A program made the translations under genes and the position numbers. Under the pieces are notes generated by a model. That model was not told the origin of the DNA. It did not search any database and worked only from the letters and a program-made list of their open reading frames with translations. A stretch of DNA of 63,044 bases, counting the filler, from Choristocarpus tenellus KU-1152 (taxonomy: Eukaryota > Protista > Phaeophyceae): NCBI GenBank assembly GCA_964200185.2. It is 10 parts of 10 records of this genome, joined end to end, with 100 filler letters (N's around TTAATTAATTAA, not from the genome) between each part and the next. Parts side by side here need not be neighbours in the genome. Positions count along the whole stretch, not along the records: positions 51,889 to 56,724 come from CAXNAD020012866.1; positions 56,825 to 60,317 come from CAXNAD020019653.1; positions 60,418 to 63,044 come from CAXNAD020026161.1; 7 more parts are not named here. One strand, written 5' to 3'. This document shows positions 52,122 through 63,044 of the stretch, one piece after another (the first letter of the stretch is position 1; each line of letters opens with the position of its first letter).

Positions 52122-52764
52122 AGACCTGCCTACCCAGAATACATTTTGGGGTAAGTCCTATACTCAGGTGGCAAGAAAGGCACAAATTTTTAACTAGCAG
52201 CGCTCCTTGCCCACACAGAAGGACTAAAAAGGCTCTACACTTCAATTCAACCTATTGACTAAGTGTGCATATTTGCTATTCTTCCAGAGCATGTCGTACT
52301 TTTGTGCCATGCCCCCTACCCCTTGAACATTGTGACTGAGTAGATAAAATATTCCTTGAATCTCAGTGGAGAAGGTTATATTCTCCTCAGGGACTTGCAG
52401 TAGAAGAATTCTATTTTCCTCTCCTTCGTGAAGTGCACTACACACTCCAGCAGTTCAAGGTCCCTCCAATGTAGATCATTCTTTCCCTTCTAGGCAAGAA
52501 TATTGTGGTCAAGCCAAAGCCCGACCTCAAATAGCCCTACACACAGATTGAAACCCATGGACTGGAATATCATTTGTCCAGCCCAGAATGGCAACAAGTG
52601 GCTTCATGCACAGTTAAAACCCACATCGCTGAGCCTCAAGGTGTGACCCCTCTGCCTTTCTTATAATCAATCCACACTCAGTCTTGGTGCATCATAGTGG
52701 AAGCAATGATGTGTACCATTGTATCCACAAGTCAATCTATGCATCACCTGAAGGGCTTACTTAC

Positions 52765-55547
52765 CCTCGGAGGAGGTCCTCAGCTTCACCCTGCAGGTCT
52801 TGCTGCACTTCCTCTTTATCTGCCACCCCTGCAACTGAATTTTGTGGGAAGGAACAGCCACCTTCCCTTTCTGAATAGCACAAAGGTGAAGACCCATTAT
52901 TTGTTGATGTCCCTTCAGAAAAATTCATGGATGGTATGCCTGACTTGTTGCCTGCTATGAGGTTCCTGAGATTGATGAGGGTGACAGCCAAGTTGAACTT
53001 TGCCCGCTGCTGAACCTGCTTAAGACAAACGTTAAGTTCAGGATTGGACCACAGGGAAATATCAAAATCATAGCCATGACAAGTTCAGTTCATGGTGCAA
53101 CAGGTAGAGGAGGAACGCATCAATCGTAACTTTTAAATACAAAGTTGTGAAGAATGGAACTGTTGCTTCTGTGTCCTTGAGCTGAGATGGTGCCAGCGTT
53201 GGAGATGGAACCAGTCGTAGAAACCAAAACTGTAGTTCTTGCACTTTAAAACTGTTGCACTTTTCCAGTAAAGATGTCAAACGTGTGATGTACTGAATGT
53301 TCTGTTCCTGATGCTGATAGACATATACTCTTGACCTGCTATTGACGACTCGTTGCACCAGAACAACTTGCTTTTTTCATGTCCAAAAAGAAGTATAGAT
53401 CCGTCATGTTATCTTGCAGAGTCGCAGCTTTCCAATAATACTTGGTATTATTGTAAAAAACCGTCAATCTGCCAAAAAAACTCAATGTGTGAAGGGGGGG
53501 GGTTGTTAAAAAAACTGTGTTGCATGAATGAGTCATACCTCCCAGGTTGCCAAGACTAGTTTGCACACACAGATAGCCTATTTCGATACCTGGTACACTT
53601 CAGCTTTCGGCAAAGAGCGGAAGTAATATTTAACCTTAAATTTAGAACCACAGGGAGGCGAGCAAGAAGGGGAACAGTTACTTGCAGCAAGCACTGAAAG
53701 GGGTTGTCTTTCCTGGGTGGAGATAAAGTACCAAATACCTGAGTCTATGATAGACTACGTATAAACACTTTTACAGGGCTTACTACCTATCTGTTAGACC
53801 ACTTTCACTGTAGTGCTATACATATGTCGTTACAATTGGTTCCTCTGGGCATTCGTTACGAGATGTAGTAGATTTAGCAAATATTGGGATATTTGACAAG
53901 ACCTTCCGGATGTGCCACATATCAAAGTAGACACGATCAAGACAGGAGAAGATGCAGCGCAACAGCGGTCTATATGTCCATTTCCACAAATTTTGTGGCC
54001 AGAGGCTACAACAGGCTAAAGAAGTTATTCAAACCCAGCAAGTTCAACATCCCTATCCTTTGGTCATATATGTCACGTTGATACAGTGGTTCGAGCTTGT
54101 GCTACATAAGGACTTGCAATATGTGGCATATGTGATCCATGACATGATCTTCCATCAGAGACTGCATTTGTATCGGAGGTTGGTTCATATGTGAGCTTGG
54201 TCTACATATACATAGACTTTCACCTATACTTTGGGGAGGAGCAAGTTGACGTAACTCTAACCCTAATATTCGATTACAAAGCCAAATACTAACTACTGCA
54301 TGGCCTTATCATCAATAAACTGACCAACAGTTCCCCTGCCCAGGCATATGTTCTTGGAGCTAGTTATTAGAACTGAAATTTTAACCTTTGCCACATCTTG
54401 GACCAAGGGATAATTTTCCTCTATGTTGCGTTTCTCGTCATAACCCACCTCGTCATCAATCCCTTCCTGGGTCACTATTTGCCGCAGTACAGTGACAGAT
54501 CCTTCAAGATCACCGCTAGCTCTAAGCACCTCGCCCAGATTTCCCATCATTAACGCGACGTCCCTAGCATTGCTTGCCGAAGAGACTGCCGCGCGCACAA
54601 GATTCTCAGCTTTGCGAAAAAGTTCTGGGTTGGATTTAGGTTCAGATGTATACAGCGAGGGGTAGTGGGTGATTGAGGGTTTTCTTATGATTATTGCTTC
54701 TAACAATAAACGTCTGTTCCATACCAATACTACCTTCATGTAGAGAGGACCTCTACCAGTATGAAATTTTGGGTCTAGAGTATGCATAGTGTAACACTCT
54801 TGTCTTGTCTCCTTTCTGAAATGACATGTATTGACCTACTCCCTGTTGTTTGGGTATGTCGGAATCTAATAAAGTGCACCTTGCCGCGTGTTTGAACTGT
54901 GCCATACCTATGCTGTTTCCACTGTTGGAATTCTTCGCTTCAGCTGAATACGACTCGGAAGCTTCTTTTCCCTTGCTATGGTACACCAGACCCAGTAGGT
55001 GGAGAGCGTCAGGGTCTAAGGGGTTGACCTGTTAGGTACGGAAAAGATACCGAAGTAACAAGTGACTATGAAAGTTCAGCACATTACAGAAGCAGCGATC
55101 GTCGTTCGAGATTCTCTTTACGGTGAAGTATCAAAAGAACTACATAGTCTTCGTCGACAGGGTTGGGAAAAGGCTACTGACCGACCTTATCAAGGAATGC
55201 GTGTTTCAATTTTGGAGTCGTGAACCCAGTCCGTCTGTGCCAAATGCTTGTTTCCACCTCAACAGATTTGGGGGATAGAAAAACTTGCTACTTACCTCCA
55301 GTAAAAATCTGTACAACTCAGCAGCTTTGTCTAGATCGCCAGCCTGATGAAGAGAAAGAGACCTTTCCAGCAGTTCTCGGCGTTCATCGCCAATCCGCTC
55401 CCCCTCTACCCCTATGGTTGAATTTCTCGTTGTTACATTCAAGCCTAAATAAGACACCACTAGCACCACCACAATGCGAGAGACGGAAACGGCTTGAAGA
55501 CATCGAGGTCGCCTCCTAGAGGAATCTGTGGAAACGTTGGATGGCAT
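52765..55547 (-). CDS. TPR-repeat protein with an N-terminal signal anchor; exons 55547-55296, 55028-54908, 54624-54449, ~53018-52765; 3' part uncertain
   Basis: Hydrophobic IVVVLVVSYLGL, then TPR motifs LHQAGDLDKAAELYRFLLE|VNPLDPDALHLLGLVYH, MGNLGEVLRASGDLEGSV and RAKFNLAVTL. Intron phases agree. Confidence 0.78.
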
Positions 55548-56387
55548 TCCCTGGCAAATTGTAGGATCTCCCAAAAAGTTGTATCATATCACAGTGATCT
55601 ATGTTGGTTTTAAAATATATATCTATTTTGTCTAAATGGTGTGTTGTTGGATTGTTTGTTTGGTAGTTTAGGGTTAAGGCGATGGCATTTCAAAAAAATA
55701 ATAATTGTGTCAGAGGAGGTGGAGGGAGATGGGGACGTTCTTTTGTTCATGATCAAAAACTTTGGGCTAGTTGTTATTAAAAGCGAAGGTCAACTCATTG
55801 TGTGACACCACAACTCCCGTCAACACTCAGGAGACTATACTGCTATCTTCGTGCCCCTCACTATTTTGTGGGTGACGTCCCAGGTATCTCGTGGTTGTTA
55901 TGACCAATCCATATCATGTTGTCTACCTACTCCAAAAAAACGTTAAATACTAAAACTAAACTCATCTGACTACTGTGACGTCACAAATTCCCCCACAATG
56001 ACAATATGTCTCGTGCGTGCACTCGCAACAAGAGCGTGCGACTTCTTACTCCGATTGGTAATGTCTCATACTTCTACTTTTCTGTTATAAACCAGCTCTA
56101 CCTCTCTACCCCATCTTCGATCCCACGCATCTCATCGCCGCTCACACCTCGTGCGCCTAAAGAAAACAAAAAATATATTTTTCTGATGGACAAACCTCCC
56201 CAACACCATTGTGGGTGACTGGACAGACTGGCATGTAAATATAGTATCCCTCATAACAATATTTAGAATGGTGTCCCACTGTGTTCGCGTCATCCACTCT
56301 TGGTTGTTATTGGTGAAGACCTCCCCAGTCCTCAGTCAAAGCCTTCCGAGTCTATCATTCTTCCCCTACTTCTTTTACCCAACTTGT

Positions 56388-56471
56388 GACTGGAAGTATC
56401 TGAGGGGAGGAGGGGGGTCTACACCAGGGTGTCCATTTGGGGCATAACGAGGAAAGGTGCACTTACATCAT
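56388..56471 (-). mobile_element. MITE family B half copy, interrupted by a family A insertion
   Basis: GACTGGAAGTATCTGAGGGG...CTACACCAGGGTGTCCATTTGGGGC...GGAAAGGTGCACTT, ending abruptly at the family A TIR. Confidence 0.78.
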
Positions 56472-56724
56472 GAGTGAAAGTATCTTAGAGGGTGCGAGTT
56501 TTGCCCTGTTTGTCCATTTGGGGCTTGGCTTACCATTTTTTTTTAATGGCATTTTCCTACTCCAAAATATTTCGGAGTAGGTAAAATATATGCGTTATGA
56601 AATGGTGTGTCCAGAATATGGATATTGACACTTCCTAACAAACACGATAGCCAAAATTACACAAAATTCGCAATATTGGATTTTGAACCCCAAATGGACG
56701 CGGCTCTACCCTCTAAGATACTTT
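56472..56724 (+). mobile_element. MITE family A copy at the contig end
   Basis: GAGTGAAAGTATCTTAGAGGGT...TACCCTCTAAGATACTTT. Confidence 0.92.
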
Positions 56725-57672
56725 NNNNNNNNNNNNNNNNNNNNNNNNNNNNNNNNNNNNNNNNNNNNTTAATTAATTAANNNNNNNNNNNNNNNNNNNN
56801 NNNNNNNNNNNNNNNNNNNNNNNNGGGGGGTACCAGGTGCCCTTGAACTATCAACCTTTGTTTGGTATTGATATTGTGAATGTCCTTCGGAGGCGTTTTG
56901 ATGATGCATGTACCATCTCGATAGCCCACAAAAGCGTGTACTATAATAGTCCAATATGTTTACAGTTACGGATAAGGGGGTCGTTCAAAATATCCAGTAC
57001 GATGTTTGGAAAACACCTGACCCAGCACTACCAACCTGAGAACCAACCAACCCAGTTTTAACTGAGACCTGGCGTGGTCCTTTCTACGTATATATTTGCC
57101 CGAACCGGCTATAGTACCTCAGGTGCTGGTCCAAACCTGTTGGGAAAGTTTTTGCTGGGGTGGTTTGTGGTCCAACCTCGGCGGAGGTACCTGGTCCGGT
57201 GTAGGGTACTGGATGAAGAGTGAGGAGCAAACGCCTAGGATTATCTAGAAAATCCTTTCTTGGTACTGTTAGCAACAAGTGCAACACTTTTGTGCATCCA
57301 ACAACAGCAACAGTACTAACAAAAATCAATGTTTTCTCTTGTGCGGATTATATACCTTGAGAATACTTTTCAGGGCCATATTAGTATTATTGAAAAAATA
57401 TTTATACATAGAAAACCGCAGAGAATCAATGATTTTTTTTCCTAAATATGTGTATGCCATTATGTCTTGAAATAATTTTCAATGCCACATTAATATTATT
57501 GAAAATAAAAAATATTATATATACATGTATATATATGGAATGAATACCTCTGTATGTATGTACCCAAGACTTACGACTTGCATTCGCATTCTCCAATGTT
57601 TTTATTGAGTTTTTCTCCAAAAAAAGTCGTCAAGGTGCACTTCCCCTCTCCTCCCTTGTTGAATCTTGTCAG

Positions 57673-57776
57673 GTTGCACCTCCCATAGTGGCTTTCCAGT
57701 CCCTGAAGGCGTGTCTGGAGGATTTTTCTACCCTGAGCATTGAGACTATGGCGGCGCTTCTGGAGACATGCGGAAG
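57673..57776 (+). CDS. UPF2: Single internal exon of a UPF2-like (nonsense-mediated decay factor) gene, MIF4G domain
   Basis: CAG/GT-bounded exon reading VAPPIVAFQSLKACLEDFSTLSIETMAALLETCG(R), matching the UPF2 pattern LKxCLDDF....I.....LLETCGRFL. Confidence 0.75.
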
Positions 57777-60417
57777 GTACGGCATGTTAAAAAAAATGTT
57801 TATTTTTTATATTTTAGTACTAAAAAAAAAACTCTGCATTTTTTTTTATGGGTAGAAAGGAAGTGTGTCCGCTGTTGGAGCAGAGTTGTGTGTCTAAAAT
57901 GGAGATATTTGTTCTTTTTCTCAAATGATAAAAGATATATATATATATATATATATATTCAAGCAGTTACATTTTTAGATTTTTTTTTAAATGCAACTTT
58001 TGAGATAAAAAGAGAAGTGGTTTTCCACTGGTGGAGCAGAGTGGTGTCTAAAAATGGATTTTTTGTTTTGTTTTTTTCTCAGATGGTGTTTGTGAGTGAT
58101 GTTTTTTTTGTTTTAGTTGGAAGTGTGTTCGGAGTTGCTTTAGCATTTGGTGGCGTGTACGATGGTGTCACACACCTCTTCATTGACTTTCCCTCTCTTC
58201 ATGAGGGACACAAAAAAAATTATTGCTTCTTTGGTGAGGGGTGCCATCTAAGATGAGCTTCTTTTTTTTTCCAAGACTCGGGTAGTAATGTTACTGGAAC
58301 ATACATGTGTGCATGTATGTATCGTCATGTTCATAAAAGAAGTGTTTGTTTATTATATGGGAAAGACATCTTTGCCTTGTGGAATAGCACTGATGCCCTG
58401 TTCCTGTTCAAAGAGGGAGGAGTACTTTCTGTAGTTGTTGAATCAAGGAAATATGTGCATATATAATGTATTACGATTACCATTATTAATGTATTGTGAT
58501 CACTATTATTAATGTATTATGATTACTGTGGAAGTGTTGAAGGTGCCAAGTTCTCTGCTCAAAGGGGGCAATCACAATCACAATCACCGCAATGAAACTC
58601 CTTCACCTCAGAGGGTGGGACCAAGTTTCAAGGTCTTGGCTCTAATCTCATAAACAGATCAGTAAATCCAGCACAGAACAAAAACCTCAAAACACAACAG
58701 ATGTTCCCGAATGACTGAGCAACTTCACAGCAAAGAAATGGGATCGGTTCAGGATCGGTTCAGAATCGGAAAGGATCTTCGTTATGACAGTCCATTTTGG
58801 CTGTTTATTGGTCAAATCTGGATATTATGTGGGTGTGGTTGGTTTATTGCACTGGTCGGTATGGATGAGCTCAAATGACCTGGCTGGCGCACGCAATTGT
58901 ATCTGACCATGTGTATCTGACCATGCGTCTTATGCATATGTATGTCGGAGATCCCAAGAAAGGAACCTCTACCTGACATTACCATTATTAATGTATTATG
59001 ATTACTATTATTTTTTATTTTGGTAGACAGGGCTTTTTTTAGGGTTAGGGGTTGTTTTTGTTGTATTTAACACCGTTACATTTTTTTTTATAGTGTCTAA
59101 ATGGACTCCCTCTCTTCAGCGTCAGGTTTATAAATCAAATCATACTGTTTTGTGCGAGGAAAGAAAATGCACATGGGAGGCGTTTATTGTGAATTTTTCG
59201 TTTCACTTCTCAGCTACAGACTTTTCAGTTAGACTTTTCAGTTGGGTGGGTGCAGAGTCGGAGTAGTTGATAGACCAAGACACCCCCTCACGAAGGTGTT
59301 AGGTTATCCTCACGTTAGGGTTAGGGTTTTTTCAAGACCCTCACAGATTATAATCGAAATCTGATACCATCTTGTGCTTTTGCTAGCCTGCCCTGTGCAT
59401 GGGTGTGTGTGTGTTTGAACTTGTGTATGTTCAAAACTAAAGGTGTGATGGTTTTGGTTGGAGATGTATTTTAAAGTCTGCAGATGAGTTAGGGTTAGGG
59501 TTAGGGTGATTTAAAGGGCTTGGGGTTGGTTTAATGGTTGTGTCTTGCTGACTGGAAGAGCCTCTTTTTGACATGTAGACTCCAGTGGGGGGAAGGGGGT
59601 TGTGCTGCCTTGGGATCAATCCAAGTGGCACCACAGTGGTGGAGATGATTGTATATTCTGTCAGGGGATATGGTATCGCTGGTGGGCTCGCAGAGGGAGA
59701 GTGAGATCAGGGTTTGTCCCCTCAGGCAGGGGACAGGAGGGCAGTGGGTGCACTGATAGATAGCAATGATAAAGAATATTAGTCTATGAGAGTTTGTCAG
59801 GTCATCTTGTGCTGATAATGTGTGTTGTTATTATTATTATTATTATTATTATTGTTATTGTTATTTTGTCGTGAATGGACACCTATTGCCCCGGTGTCTG
59901 CCTCCTATTATGGTTATGGTGGTGCTTCTTTGCTTTTCTCCTATGGGAGTTCCCCCTGTGAGACATGGTCCTGGTCACCCCCATCGACATTTACAAGGGT
60001 TTCCATCCTTGTGGCGCCACTAGGCGATGCTGTAGCGGTGTGAACATTTGTTGGATGGGGTGAGCTATCCTCTGTGGTCCAGGACATGGACACTTGACTG
60101 AAGCACCAGGGCATACATTGGTCCAGGCTATATAGGAAGTCAAAGTGTTCGAGACCACCACTATTTTTATGTAGCAAGTCAATTCAAGAGGGGTATGGAG
60201 CTATCAAAGTGATGTAGTCTGACTTCCTTCCCCCCCACCCCTGCACCCCTGCATCCCACCCCTCACCCCTCACCCCTCACCATTTGCTATATTATAGGCA
60301 TACCGTGGAAGCATCACNNNNNNNNNNNNNNNNNNNNNNNNNNNNNNNNNNNNNNNNNNNNTTAATTAATTAANNNNNNNNNNNNNNNNNNNNNNNNNNN
60401 NNNNNNNNNNNNNNNNN

Positions 60418-60487
60418 CTAAAAATCGTGACATGAAAAAATTGACCCCAAATGGACAGCCGCCACCCACTCCCAGATACTTTGAGCC
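60418..60487 (-). mobile_element. MITE family B half copy at a contig start
   Basis: AAAATCGTGACATGAAAAAATTGACCCCAAATGGAC...CCCAGATACTTTGAGCC. Confidence 0.85.
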
Positions 60488-60877
60488 TTCTCAAGCATCC
60501 CCGCCTTTTCCACTGAGCGTTTTCTTTTTCCACAGCAAGAAAGATTGCTCGGATGTCCTTGTTTCATTCCTTCTAGAGATTGCTCAGAGGTTATCTTGTT
60601 CTAGCCCTCCTCGTCCCATACCACCAGCCTTAGGTATTCCTTGTATTCTGGCCATTCCTTCTTACCTCGTACTTCCACCTATCACCCATTTCTTTAACTC
60701 CTCTGCTACCTCTTCTGCCTCCTCTGCCTCCTAGCCACTCAGTACTTAACTTAATTCTTCGTTCAACCCTTCACTAAGTAATCTTTTGTTTTGCTCACGA
60801 CTTCTGGATTATTATTCATTTATTCTATGTTTGCATTCCTCCCTAATCCCTTTCCTCCTCACATTCCATCAACCCTT

Positions 60878-61211
60878 GTGACCAACCATTCCGACCTCTT
60901 CGCCACTGATTTCCAGACACCCCCCACATCTGATGACCAACCAAGGCGAACCCCCTTCGGCACTGATTTTCAGTCACTCCCCCTATCCCTATCCGATGAC
61001 CAACCACTGCGACCCCCTTTCGCACTGATTTTCAGTCACCCCCCCTATCCCTATCCGATGACCAACCACTGCGACCCCTTTCGTCACTGATTTCCAGCCA
61101 CATCCCACGTCCGATGACCAGCCAGTGCAACCCCTTCGCCACTGATTTCCAGTCACCGCCCCTATCTGATGACCAACCAGTGCGAAAGGGGTCGCACTGA
61201 TTTTCGGTCAC
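60878..61211. repeat. Array of six palindromic about 53-63-bp repeats with variable C-rich linkers
   Basis: Units start near 60878, 60932, 60995, 61057, 61113 and 61168. Consensus GATGACCAACCA(C/G)TGCGACCCCTTTCGCACTGATTT(T/C)CAGTCAC. Confidence 0.92.
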
Positions 61212-61399
61212 TACCACGCCCTTCAACCCCATTCAACCCCACACCACGCAACACCACTCCATAATCATCCAAGGTCATCCCTTCATCACCCTTCAAACCG
61301 TGCCTTAGAGCTAGAAGACATCTACCCCGCCCAGACCTGACCTCCCCTCCCCTTCGGGGTTGATTTCCTTCTTGATCAAACTGTAATTCCTGTCCTGGT

Positions 61400-63044
61400 T
61401 GAACCCAATCCTTCCTACTCTCTTCCAGGCCCTTCGAAAAACCCACACCGGGACACTCTGGTTGGCCCTGACATATACCATGAACGCACTCAACTTCCAC
61501 CTCCCCTCCCTCTGTATTATCATCTCTGAAACTCCAATGATTGCGAGCCTGGTGGCTCCCCCTATCCTCCCTGAATGCGAAGCATACTCTTCTGGTCTTA
61601 ACTTAAGCTCTTTCACTAACTCTTCTCAGGATACATGTTGCTTGCCCCCTCGTCACTACACCCCCTTTATTGCCACTCTCGTAACTCCCCTTATCCTGCC
61701 CGAATACAAGGCACACTCTTCTGATTTCAACCTACGCTCTAGCACTATCCATTTCAAGACACCTGTTGTTGCTTGACTCCTCGTAATCACCCCCCACCTC
61801 TCCCCATTCCTCTATGTCCTAAAAGGGGTGTCCGGACGGAGTTCTGCAACGCGTTCCATAGTTGCTACACCACCTTGAAATCCCCCATGTTCTTCTCCTA
61901 CTCACACCCTTTGGCCCTGAGGAAATCATGATGTGTTGTGTGGGAAGCTTGACGTTAGGAAATTGTTTGCGGTGGTAGTGGATTGCTGAAATCTTAGTCT
62001 TTGATTGTACCTACTTGGTTCCCCCTACTCCTTCACCAAATCCACGTAAACCCCACTCGCGCCTTCCCACCATCCAACTCTCGATTTCTGCGGTCCCATC
62101 ACCTACTCAATCCTCTCTATGTACAGAATTCAGACCACTGTTCCCATCACACTTCTGAGTAGATGGTACAACCGAGCCCCTGGCCTACAGGGCTGCAAGG
62201 CGCTTAATAACATTATCTCCCGTTCCCAACCCAGGGTCTGTTCCTGCCAGTCAACGTATGGATAAGAATGTTGGAGGTTAGATTGGGTGTGTTCCTTTTC
62301 CAATCTTGATATTCCATCTACCTGATCATTCTTCTTCCCATTAACGTGTTCTGGTGCAAATGACGGTTCCCCTGCTACCTCTACGTTCCCCCTTCTCATC
62401 ACTCCTCCCGCCCTCTCATCTCTTGCCCCCCCCCCAACCTTACCAACCAATACACTGCAGACTTGGCGTCTCATCTTCATAGTACTGGATCCTCCTTATT
62501 TATCCTTTTTCCTAACTTCAATATCACTACCCCTGCATTCGCTACCTTCCCCAACCGTCCTAACACAATGATTGGTATACTCCCCCCTTCTCTTTCATCC
62601 CCCTTCAATTGATATCCTTCTTGACGCACTCTGGGTCCTCATACCTCCATCACTTACCCGTCCCCACGTTGTAAATTCCTACTTCTGTAAGCCACGCAGT
62701 TGAGTACCTTGCCGTCTCTAGTGGTCTAACCATATATCTCGTAACTGGAAACTCAGGTTCTCTCTTCTTTCGGCCAACCCTCATCCTGCCACCCGTCCCC
62801 ACCGGTACATGTTTTCCTTAAGTTCCCGACCTATCCGGACCTCTCTGTTTCCTTTCCTCTCTCTTGCACTCTGTTCTCTCTGACCACCCTCATGGGCTGC
62901 CATACTTGGCTCCACTACCCTTCCCCTGAGAATATAGTCCCTGGTTTATGTCTATCCCCTCTGACCCCCCCCCTTCCCACTAGTCTACCCAAGTAGCCCC
63001 CCCCCCCTGCACACCCCCCACCAGCAAAACCCCCACCAAACAAA
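61400..63044 (-). mobile_element. Degenerate DIRS/Ngaro-type tyrosine-recombinase retroelement (RNase H remnant, then YR C-terminus)
   Basis: EEYASHSGRIGGATRL...IQREGRWKLSAFMVYVRAN carries the HxxR, GRW and catalytic Tyr motifs. Upstream HVNGKKNDQVDGISR matches the DIRS RNase H end motif. The upstream boundary is uncertain. Confidence 0.82.

Noticed and set aside
9189-60417. TTAATTAATTAA repeated nine times between N-runs
   Set aside because: Artificial contig linker, not biological. It also invalidates any gene-cluster inference across contigs, such as epimerase + ALDH + PNPOx.
60878-61211. CRISPR array interpretation of the palindromic repeats
   Set aside because: The linkers are only about 10-20 nt, low-complexity and partly identical; there are no cas genes; the context is eukaryotic.
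1-63044. Fanzor/TnpB, endogenous giant-virus genes, rRNA or tRNA genes
   Set aside because: No RuvC, viral core or structural RNA signatures were recognised. A covariance-model or HMM search would be needed to exclude degenerate cases.

Overview
Eukaryotic nuclear DNA, most likely from a brown alga or close relative. The evidence is a spliced mannuronan C-5 epimerase, many GT/GC-AG introns and interstitial TTAGGG motifs. The window is not one locus: it is ten contigs joined by nine artificial 100-bp linkers (44 N + TTAATTAATTAA + 44 N), so adjacency across linkers means nothing. Spliced genes or gene fragments I could reconstruct: a mannuronan C-5 epimerase 3' part with an in-frame TAA just before the DPHD catalytic motif; the 5' end of a DnaJ gene; a probable last exon of mitochondrial ribosomal protein bL28; a large minus-strand ARM/HEAT-like gene head-to-head with a pyridoxamine 5'-phosphate oxidase gene; an ALDH22/MSC7-type aldehyde dehydrogenase; a membrane-anchored TPR protein; and one UPF2-like exon. 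Mobile DNA includes decayed Ty1/copia, RTE-type LINE and DIRS/Ngaro tyrosine-recombinase retroelements, a DDE-transposase-like fragment, two related MITE families (about 14 copies or fragments sharing terminal and subterminal motifs, 3-bp TSDs) and a foldback MITE. The most unusual structure is an array of six hairpin repeats just downstream of the tyrosine recombinase, one of which has its 6-bp core inverted. All family assignments come from motif recognition by eye; no database searches were run.
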